Below, piece by piece: positions 56,937 to 64,000 of a DNA stretch of 64,000 nt; the stretch's first letter is position 1, and each line of letters starts with the position of its first letter. The notes beneath the pieces are model-generated. The model did not search any database and had not been told where the DNA came from. It saw only the letters and a list, made by a program, of their open reading frames with translations. This DNA is from Candidatus Marinacidobacterales bacterium (GTDB lineage: Bacteria > Acidobacteriota > Vicinamibacteria > Marinacidobacterales > SMYC01), in assembly GCA_965224085.1 (NCBI GenBank), contig CBDCYI010000005.1:2208001-2272000 (forward strand), written 5' to 3'. The position numbers were made by a program, and so were the translations under genes.

Positions 56937-57123
56937 GACAATCCTCCCCGCAAGCGTTTTTCTGTAATCCCGCTCCGTCGGGTTACCCGCTGAATACAAT
57001 AGCCTCGACCCGGCTTTGGGTAGCTCCCAAGGCCCGGCAAATAGGCGGGAGCTTTCCTCCTTACAGAGAAACGCTTGCAATGGCCCGGCTCCAATTTCGG
57101 GCCCGGGCAAAACGGGAGGTTAG
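56933..57123 (+). ncRNA. Candidate structured RNA / leader
   Basis: 18-bp closing stem 56950-67/57061-78, three-way junction and extra hairpin; the non-canonical pairs are G-U on the + strand. Confidence 0.5.
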
Positions 57124-57180
57124 AAACATGCTTAGGCTTTTGTTCGTCATCCCCATTCTGCTTTGGGCTTTTACCGCTAG

Positions 57181-59183
57181 CCCATGTTTACCCTTTATGG
57201 GCACCCTAACGCTCGTAAGTGACTGAATTCAAAGGAACGGGGGTTGAATTTTGCCCAAAACGTAGAGACAGATATTGTGCTTTGAGCGCCATTAATACGT
57301 TGTAATCGTGGACAATGATATGTAGTATGCGTGAGGACAGGTTATGTTCTTCCGCATCGTTCGGGCCGCAGGCGGCAAAGGGGTTCAACATGAGTATGTC
57401 CGCCTGGTCGAGTCGTATCGGGAGCACGGCAAGCCGAAGCAACGCGTAGTGTGCAACTTGGGGCGCAAGGATCTCCTAGTTGCCAATCTCGACTCCCTCA
57501 ATCGGTTGCTTGGGGCCGGTGAACCGGCCGACACCGAGCGAGCAGCCGAGCAGATCGCGGGGGCAGACGCGTGGGATTGGGGTCCGATGGTGGTGACGGC
57601 GACGCTGTGGCGCGAGCTCGGACTGGAGCAGATTCTCGACCGGCTCGGAGGCCGCGGCAAGCGCGACGGAGTGGCGCTAAGCGAGCGAGCTTTGGTGCTG
57701 GTCGCCAACCGGCTATGTGCTCCGTCAAGCGAGCACGGTCTGGCGCGCTGGCTCGAGACCGACTTCGTCTGCGACCGGCAGGGGCGGCGGTGGGTGCCGC
57801 AGTGGCGCGATGATGGGGAGCGGCGAGCGAGTCGCTCCCCGCGGGTTCGCGTGGAGTTTCGCCAACTCAAGCAATGGTACCGAACGCTCGACCAGCTGCA
57901 TGCCCGCAAAGAACAGATCGAGAAAGAGCTGTTTTTGCGCTTGCGGGATCTGTTTTCGCTTGAGGTTGACATGGTGTTTTACGACCTGACGTCGACGTAC
58001 TTCGAAGGTCAAGGCCCTCCGGGGCTCGGCGCCCACGGCTACAGTCGCGACCGCAGACCGCGTAACCGGCAAGTGCTTGTCGGTCTGGTGATGGTGGACG
58101 GTTGGCCGATCGCCCACCATGTTTTCGCCGGCAACTGGCGTGACGCGAAAACGGTGCCGCAGGTGCTCAACGATCTCAACGAACGATTCGGTTTGCACCG
58201 CGTGGTTTTTGTCGGCGACCGAGGGATGGTAACGAGCGACAGCCTGGCGGTGGTGCGCTCGCGCAAGCAGGGCTATCTCGTCGGGCTGCAAAGACGACGG
58301 CGCGAGGAGGTCTATCGTTACATCGAGCGCGCCAGCGGAGAGTGGATCGACTGCCCTGGTGGCATCACGGTGAGCGAAAAAGCCGAGCCACCTAAGACTC
58401 GTGTGCAAGAAGTCCGCTCCGAGCAGTCTGGCGTGCGCATCTTCGTCGTTCACAGCGACGAAAGGCTCGCCTACGAGCGCGGGCAGAGGCTGCGGGCCAT
58501 GGGACGTGCCCGTGCGGCATTCGAGGCCCTCGAGCGCCGCGTGCGCGAGGGACGATTGAAAGCCCCCGAGAAAATCGGTGCCGCCGCCGCGCGCATACAG
58601 GCACGCCACCACGGTCACCGTTACTACGACTGGGAGTACAAAAACGCTCGCTTCCGCTTCTTCGAGCACCCGGTCAACCTCAAGCGCGAGCAAGCCTACG
58701 AGGGTAAGTACGTTATTCAAACCGAGGAGCAAAACCTCTCTCCGGTCGACGCCGTGCGCCTTTACAAGGACCTAAACGAGGTCGAGCGAGCCTTCTCATG
58801 CCTTAAGGATGTCATTGAGATGCGTCCCGTTTACCACCAGACCGATGAGCGTGTGGAGGCACATCTTTTCGTAGCTACGCTGGCCTTCCTTGTGCATCGG
58901 GCTCTTGAGAAAAAGCTCAAGGTCGCCGAACTCGACCTGTCCGCAACCGAGGCACTACAAGCGCTACGCTCGGTCCGGCTCGTCGACTTACAGCTGGGTT
59001 CTGGGCGGACCAAGCGCGTCGTCACGCGCGGCACCGCTCGCGCCAACTCGATCCTGACTGCACTCGGAATCGTTGAACGCGACCCGCCAGCCTTCTCCGA
59101 GGAGGTGCTGTCAGCGTAGAGACAAACCGCGGATCTCAGTCCTTTGTTTATGATGACTTAGAGACCTAAAAGGGAAACATGGG
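57181..59183 (+). mobile_element. IS1634 family element nested in IS1595 passenger gene
   Basis: IRs CCCATGTTT / AAACATGGG; CTAG duplicated at 57177-57180 and 59184-59187. Confidence 0.9.
57344..59119 (+). CDS. IS1634 family transposase (591 aa)
   Basis: YVRLVESYR, FYDLTSTYFEG, GYSRD, VGDRGM and YKDLNEVERAF. Confidence 0.93.
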   Translation: MFFRIVRAAGGKGVQHEYVRLVESYREHGKPKQRVVCNLGRKDLLVANLDSLNRLLGAGEPADTERAAEQIAGADAWDWGPMVVTATLWRELGLEQILDRLGGRGKRDGVALSERALVLVANRLCAPSSEHGLARWLETDFVCDRQGRRWVPQWRDDGERRASRSPRVRVEFRQLKQWYRTLDQLHARKEQIEKELFLRLRDLFSLEVDMVFYDLTSTYFEGQGPPGLGAHGYSRDRRPRNRQVLVGLVMVDGWPIAHHVFAGNWRDAKTVPQVLNDLNERFGLHRVVFVGDRGMVTSDSLAVVRSRKQGYLVGLQRRRREEVYRYIERASGEWIDCPGGITVSEKAEPPKTRVQEVRSEQSGVRIFVVHSDERLAYERGQRLRAMGRARAAFEALERRVREGRLKAPEKIGAAAARIQARHHGHRYYDWEYKNARFRFFEHPVNLKREQAYEGKYVIQTEEQNLSPVDAVRLYKDLNEVERAFSCLKDVIEMRPVYHQTDERVEAHLFVATLAFLVHRALEKKLKVAELDLSATEALQALRSVRLVDLQLGSGRTKRVVTRGTARANSILTALGIVERDPPAFSEEVLSA

Positions 59184-59571
59184 CTAGCGCTCAACCAGCA
59201 GAAAGACGGCTGGCGCGTGTCAAGACAGAATTCACGGGGTGCTTCGACCCCCAGGAGGTGGTGCGCCTGCAGCAAGATATAAAGACGACCAGGCTCCGAT
59301 ACGGCCCCGCTGGTGCACTGCTGAAGCCAGAACTCCTCGCCGCAAGGGAATGCCGAAATCTGAAAGTTGGTCAGGCCGTCCTGATGGTAGGGGAAAAGCA
59401 TAACGCCATCGTGGATCGGAAAACGGTTATCGAGGGAATCGGCATCTTCGTATGCGCGGAAGACCTGAAGGAAGACCCTGGATGCTTCGAGAGAGATTGG
59501 GATGCCGTCGGCGCTGCTACCGGCCTATGGTTTCCGATTGACATGCTGTCCGAGATCAAGAAGTAGTGAGG

Positions 59572-59608
59572 GGTAAAAGGCCGGGAGACTTCCCTCCCGG
59601 CCTTTACC
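59572..59608. terminator. Bidirectional terminator inside the IS1595 element
   Basis: GGTAAAAGGCCGGGAG-ACTTCC-CTCCCGGCCTTTACC between convergent ORFs. Confidence 0.7.
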
Positions 59609-59622
59609 TTCGGGTGGTATAC

Positions 59623-59958
59623 TTATCTGGATGTCAGGCCAGCCCACCATGGCCGGGCCACCATTAGTCTTCGAATTCGACGAAGAAGGCCCCCGCCAGG
59701 ATCGTCAATGCGTGCCGGGTGATGGCTAATAGTTACGCCGCCCTTCCGACCTTCCGGCATACTTCGCTTGAAGAGCTTCTGGACTTTCTTGGCCATATGA
59801 GCGCTGAATTGCTTTTGAAGAATGGTCTGTACGTCTCTGTGGGGAAGCCTATTCTTGCAAACGGGACACTCAAGGTACGGTTCACCATCAACCATGACCG
59901 TCTCTGCTGCGATCTTGCAGCGGCGACATTTGGGCGTTTTGTCCTGGAAGCAAGTCAT
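59623..59958 (-). CDS. Passenger zinc-ribbon protein translationally coupled to transposase
   Basis: ATGA overlap with the transposase stop; CRRC...CPVC. Confidence 0.6.
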   Translation of the reverse strand: MTCFQDKTPKCRRCKIAAETVMVDGEPYLECPVCKNRLPHRDVQTILQKQFSAHMAKKVQKLFKRSMPEGRKGGVTISHHPARIDDPGGGLLRRIRRLMVARPWWAGLTSR

Positions 59959-60866
59959 CGCGTCAACGCTTCGTAGGTGATCCTCTTCCCTAGCGCCCTG
60001 GCGATCATCGAGTCGATGCGCTTCATGGTGTGCCTCTGGCACGAACCCTCGTTGAGCCGGAAGGCGAACTCATCTACGTAGCGGGATAGGTGCTTGCGGC
60101 TCACGTGGTGGAACGTGCCGACGATGCCGCGTTTTAGAAGTGCCCACACGCTCTCTATTCCGTTGGTATGTACGTCGCCGCGCACCCATTCCTCGGCGCT
60201 GTGATTGACCGTCTCGTGCCGGTAGAGGCGGTCCTTCAAACCTGCATAGGCTTTGTGCTCGTCGGTGTGAAGGGTTGAGCCTGCTTCGACGTTCTGCTCG
60301 ATAACCTGTTGCACCCTGTACTTGTCGGTCGTTTCGATGGGAATGGCCACGACGTTGCCGCCGCGTTCGCGCATTCCCAAGACGGCTTGTTTGCCGACAG
60401 GACCGCGGCCGGCCCGGAGCTTCTTGTGGGCGTGCTTATTCTTTTCCTTGCCGCCGATGTAGGTCTCGTCAATTTCGACAATGCCCGAAAGGGGCCATCC
60501 GTTACCCTTGCAGGCTTCGCGGAGCCGCTGAAGCATGAACCACGCGGAAGCCTGCCGGATGCCGAGCTCCTTGGCGAGCTGCATGGACGAAATGCTCTTC
60601 CGGGCGGTGACTAGCAGGTACATCCCGTAGATCCATTTGTGGAGCGGAATGTGTGACCGTTCCATGACGGTTTTCGTTCGGACGGTGAAAACCTCCATGC
60701 AGGCGTTGCAGCGGTAGTAGCCGCCCTTGCGGGTGCCGATGCGTTTACGCTCGTGGCAGTGCGGGCAGCTCACTCCATCCGGCCACCGCCGTTGCTCGAT
60801 GTAGAGTCTAGCTGTATCCTGGTCTGGAAATAACTTGATGATTTCGAGAAAGCTTATGGTTGACAC
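59955..60866 (-). CDS. IS1595 family transposase (ISXO2-like domain)
   Basis: CPHC..CNAC zinc ribbon, VEIDETYIGG, HTDEHKAY, VNHS, HTNGIESVW and YVDEFAFR. Confidence 0.93.
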   Translation of the reverse strand: MSTISFLEIIKLFPDQDTARLYIEQRRWPDGVSCPHCHERKRIGTRKGGYYRCNACMEVFTVRTKTVMERSHIPLHKWIYGMYLLVTARKSISSMQLAKELGIRQASAWFMLQRLREACKGNGWPLSGIVEIDETYIGGKEKNKHAHKKLRAGRGPVGKQAVLGMRERGGNVVAIPIETTDKYRVQQVIEQNVEAGSTLHTDEHKAYAGLKDRLYRHETVNHSAEEWVRGDVHTNGIESVWALLKRGIVGTFHHVSRKHLSRYVDEFAFRLNEGSCQRHTMKRIDSMIARALGKRITYEALTR

Positions 60867-60895
60867 TTGCTCATCGGTAGCTCCTTGTGAGCCAA

Positions 60896-60924
60896 ATGTA
60901 GCAAGCCCAAATTAGAAAGTCAAG
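60896..60924 (-). promoter_or_regulatory. Sigma70-like promoter in IS1595 IR driving transposase
   Basis: TTGACT-17 bp-TACATT on the minus strand, followed by AAGGAG. Confidence 0.55.
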
Positions 60925-61580
60925 CGGATAATTCCCTATTTTTGGCGCTTTTTTCTGGGTTCTCGGAGACCGTGCCGGAGACCGTACCGCGCCAAACCAG
61001 GCGCTTCTCCTTCGCGTCCCACATGTCGAGCGCGACCGTGCCGACCGTGTATTGCCGCACCGTTGTCGTCGTGGAGCCCATGCCCATGCCTCCGCCCCAA
61101 CCCCAGCCGGGACCATAGCCCCAACCGCCACCCATGTAGTTGGTGTCGAGGGACATATTTTGCTTCTTTTCAGCGTGATAGGTGACAAACACGTCCGGGT
61201 TCGAACTCGCTTTCGAAAAACCGTTGGCGGCGAGCTGGCGGTCCACCGCGCTGAGAAAACGCTCGTGGGCGAACGGATCCGTATCCGCGACGTTCGTCTC
61301 GCTGTCGTGCCACGCGTAGGTCTTGTACTGCGAAAAATTCGCCTGCCGATCGTAGTCGTTAGTGACTTTCATGCTCGAGCAGCCGACAGCGGCGCCGAGC
61401 GCCACCGCAAACACGAGTAACTTCTTCATGGTAGCCTCCTAGTAATCCATTGTCTTCGAACCGGTCGGCCGCATCGTGGACACCTTTCCGCACATGCGAC
61501 CCCAAGGAATTGTACAGGCCCACACATTTGCACAAACGTATCACTCTCGCAAGCCAAATTTCAGGCTAGAATCGAAGCCT

Positions 61581-62720
61581 ATGTACCGACGATTCGGGCT
61601 CTTTTTAGTTTTCTTTCTGGCCGCGGCCGAGCTCGGCGGCCAGCCTTACTCCCGATGGCGAGCTTGAAGCCACCGCCTTCTAGGCGGTGGTTGTTCACTT
61701 TTCTTTCTGGCCGCGGCCGAGCTCGGCGGCCAGCCTTACGAGAGCACGGATCTTCGGGACCGGGACCGGCTCGTCATCCTCCTTTTCGGAGATAGCGGTA
61801 CCGGGAAAGCCGGACAGCACCGCGTCGGCCGCGCGATGTACGAGATTTGCCGCGAGCGCGATTGCCAATTCGCGTTGATGCTCGGCGACAATATCTACGA
61901 GAACGGTATCCGGGTGACGGCGCGAGACAGCGTTCAGCGGAGCTATCAGGAAATCTTGGATCAATTCAACGAGAAGTTCGAAGCGCCTTATCGAAGGTTC
62001 GAAGAGATCGAAGGCTTTCGCTTTTGGGCCGTTCTGGGCAATCACGACTACCGGAAGAACACGCTCGGCACTTGGATCACCTATACCGAGTTCAGCAAGC
62101 TTTGGCGTCTGCCGGCACTTCACTATGAAGTCCCCGACCTTCCGGAGTGGATCCAGATCTACGGCCTCCATACGGATTCGGATGTCCGACGGGATTTGAA
62201 CGGTTTGCAAGTGCACGCCGCGAAGCGTGCTCTGTGCGGTGAGCGCGACGGCAAGAGCACGGATCGATGGAAGGTCGTCTTCGGGCACCAGCCCGTCTAT
62301 AACAACGGCCATCATCAAAATGACGCCAACGAGCGCCGCGTACGGGCGCTGCTCGACAAGCCATTGTTTCGAGAATGCGGCGTCCACCTCTACGTCGCGG
62401 GACACGCTCATCATCAAGAGCACATCACCGCGGACGGATTCGAGCAAGTGATCCAAGGCGCTTCGGCAAAGAGCAAAGGGCGTAACAACAATCCCAAGCT
62501 CACGAGCACGACAAAGCGCCACTTTTCACGCGAGTTCGGCTTTGCGATTCTGGAGGTCGACCCTGTTCGGCTTCGGCTGGATTTCTACGACGTCCTCGGG
62601 ACTCGTGAGAAGGGTGAGCTCGTAGCGCCCGGACCCGAGGACATTTTTCGGTCCTATTCCTGGTGCGGCGGGCGCGGCGACGTGGGACAGCCAGTGTCAC
62701 CCCCACGTCCGTGTCGCTGA
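61581..62720 (+). pseudogene. Secreted calcineurin-like metallophosphoesterase interrupted by 90-bp insertion
   Basis: FGDSG, GDNIY, GNHD, GHQP and GHAH; in-frame TGA at 61665-61667 lies within the insertion. Confidence 0.85.
61609..61739 (+). repeat. Perfect 41-bp direct repeats (61609-61649 and 61699-61739) around a 49-bp IS200/IS605-like right-end hairpin
   Basis: TTTTCTTTCTGGCCGCGGCCGAGCTCGGCGGCCAGCCTTAC x2; insert ends AAGCCACCGCC-TTCTA-GGCGGTGGTTGTTCAC. Confidence 0.85.
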
Positions 62721-62764
62721 TCACTGACAAGACACGAATAGAATGAAGCCGAAGGAGAGAGAGC

Positions 62765-63343
62765 ATGGAGCTGACACGAGACGCGGCTTGGGCCCACTTG
62801 AGCGAATGGACGGAGACGGAGTCGCTGCGCAAGCACGCGCGGGCCGTGGAGCTCGTCATGCGTCGCGCCGCGCACCAATATGGCGAGGGCGCAGCCGACG
62901 AAGAAGCGTGGGGAGTCACGGGCATGCTGCACGACGCCGATTACGAAAAATGGCCTGAGGATCATCCGAACCGCATCGTCGGCTGGCTACGGGAACGCGG
63001 CGAAGAAGAGCTCGCCTACGCAATCTCCGCGCACTACACCCAGTGGAAGGTTCCCTACAACAGCCGGCTGGACAAAGCGCTTCTCGCCTGCGACGAGCTA
63101 ACCGGCTTTATCGTCGCCTGTTGTCTCGTTCGACCGGAAGGCGTCTCGACGTTGGCACCGAAGAGCGTGAAAAAAAAGCTCAAAGACAAAGCCTTTGCCG
63201 CCAAAGTGGAGCGCGCCGAGGTACACGCCGGTGTGGAGCTGCTCGAGGTCGACTTGGGCGAGCACATCCAGTTCATCATCGACGCGTTGAAACCCCACGC
63301 AGAAGAGCTAGGGATCCAGGGCCGCGACCTCAAGAAAAACTGA
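62765..63343 (+). CDS. HD domain (HDIG-type) protein
   Basis: SLRKH, MLHDADYE, ACDELTG and KKKLKDKAFAA. Confidence 0.88.
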   Translation: MELTRDAAWAHLSEWTETESLRKHARAVELVMRRAAHQYGEGAADEEAWGVTGMLHDADYEKWPEDHPNRIVGWLRERGEEELAYAISAHYTQWKVPYNSRLDKALLACDELTGFIVACCLVRPEGVSTLAPKSVKKKLKDKAFAAKVERAEVHAGVELLEVDLGEHIQFIIDALKPHAEELGIQGRDLKKN

Positions 63344-63445
63344 CGAGCACCGATATTCCTGAATCGTCCGCCTTCGGGCTCCTCGAGGGAATCAGATGTG
63401 AGTAGGAAGCGCGAACAATCCTGCGGGAATGCTGAATGCTGACGG

Positions 63446-64000
63446 CTAAAGCGCCTGCACCAAGTTGCGCTCGCTCTGATGTGTCTGGAGTACTTCCGGT
63501 CCGATGCGCTTGCTCAAATAGACTTTCGAGTCACGGTTGTCGAGCTCGTTGCGCTCGTACTTCACGACGTCGAAGTTGAGATGCGTCAGCGTCCCCCGCA
63601 TGCCGTAGAACTTGTTCTTCGTCTTGACCACGACTTCTTTGAAGCCGTGCTCGTGCGCCCAGGCTTCTTGCTGTTCCGTAAGCGCACGAAAGTGGCCCTG
63701 CCCGCGCCAATCCGAGCGCGTGCCGCCAATCCAGCTATACAAGATACGTCGGCCGTTGAAGTCGACCGCGTCTCGAAGGCGAGCGACGAGATCTCGGAGT
63801 TTTTGGTCGTGCTCGTCCGCGAAGATCTCGTGCCCTACTTTGAACGACACCGGAACGATTTGGCTCTCGTCACTCGGAAGCCGTGCTTCCACAATTTGGA
63901 TGACATGCGCGCGCCCTCTCAGGCGCCCCTCGATCTCACCTGCTGTTTTCTTGCGGTCGAACTCTCCAAAGAATTCCTCGATGTACTGGATTTCGAGACC
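63446..64000 (-). CDS. GNAT-like acetyltransferase, 5' end outside window
   Basis: Frame open to base 64000; YSWIGGT..WRGQG and VVKTKN. Confidence 0.75.
   Translation of the reverse strand, partial: GLEIQYIEEFFGEFDRKKTAGEIEGRLRGRAHVIQIVEARLPSDESQIVPVSFKVGHEIFADEHDQKLRDLVARLRDAVDFNGRRILYSWIGGTRSDWRGQGHFRALTEQQEAWAHEHGFKEVVVKTKNKFYGMRGTLTHLNFDVVKYERNELDNRDSKVYLSKRIGPEVLQTHQSERNLVQAL

Larger units (their letters stand above)
57128..59566 (+). pseudogene. Secreted passenger protein (~143 aa) interrupted by IS1634
   Basis: GGGAGG RBS; joining 57128-57180 to 59188-59566 gives in-frame MLRLLFVIPILLWAFTASA-QPAERRLARVKTEFTGCFDPQEVVRLQQ...IKK. Confidence 0.85.
56713..60936 (-). mobile_element. IS1595-family cargo-carrying (transporter) element
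   Basis: Perfect 23-bp IRs GGGAATTATCCGCTTGACTTTCT; 8-bp TSD TATTTTTG at 56705-56712 and 60937-60944. Confidence 0.95.
56652..61429 (-). pseudogene. DUF4136 lipoprotein split by the IS1595 element (N-part 60937-61429, C-part 56652-56712)
   Basis: Removing the element and one TSD restores ...SENPEKSAKN-IQEAAEKLFKNYPPAGE-stop; lipobox AVGC, DYD..FSQYKTYAW and KRLVWRG. Confidence 0.9.

Noticed and set aside
56950-57078. Retron msr/msd, hammerhead or tRNA interpretation of the structured segment
   Set aside because: No reverse transcriptase in the element or window, no CUGAnGA/GAAA core and no TTC-loop cloverleaf; kept only as an unclassified structured RNA
61665-61698. In-frame TGA followed directly by a hairpin, suggesting selenocysteine/SECIS read-through
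   Set aside because: The TGA lies in a foreign insert within the signal-peptide region rather than at a catalytic Cys position, and the hairpin resembles an IS200/IS605 end
61609-61739. Repeat-spacer-repeat resembling a minimal CRISPR array
   Set aside because: Only two copies, the repeat is host coding sequence, the spacer is the structured part, and no cas genes are in the window

Overview
High-GC bacterial chromosome segment, probably Acidobacteriota (inferred from an ADOP-type permease remnant, an ElbD/ElbE-like lipid pair and the hslVU-FN3-tal-acyl-CoA carboxylase-tamBA-surA block). Intact housekeeping and envelope genes alternate with eroded patches containing about 20 pseudogenes or fragments and IS5(IS903-group), IS6, IS1634 and IS1595 elements. 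Four structures stand out. (1) A 4.2-kb IS1595-family cargo element (56713-60936; 23-bp IRs, 8-bp TSD) splits a DUF4136 gene and carries three unknown passenger ORFs plus a ~190-nt highly structured non-coding segment predicted to occlude a passenger RBS; a nested IS1634 interrupts that passenger. (2) A 49-bp IS200/IS605-like right-end hairpin ending in TCAC lies between perfect 41-bp direct repeats and inactivates a phosphatase gene. (3) An IS5 is broken into two complementary halves by a ~1-kb inversion. (4) An ElbD/ElbE-like ether-lipid gene pair lies next to a lipid kinase and a CDP-alcohol transferase. No rRNA, tRNA or CRISPR array was seen. All family assignments are from motif recognition, not database searches.
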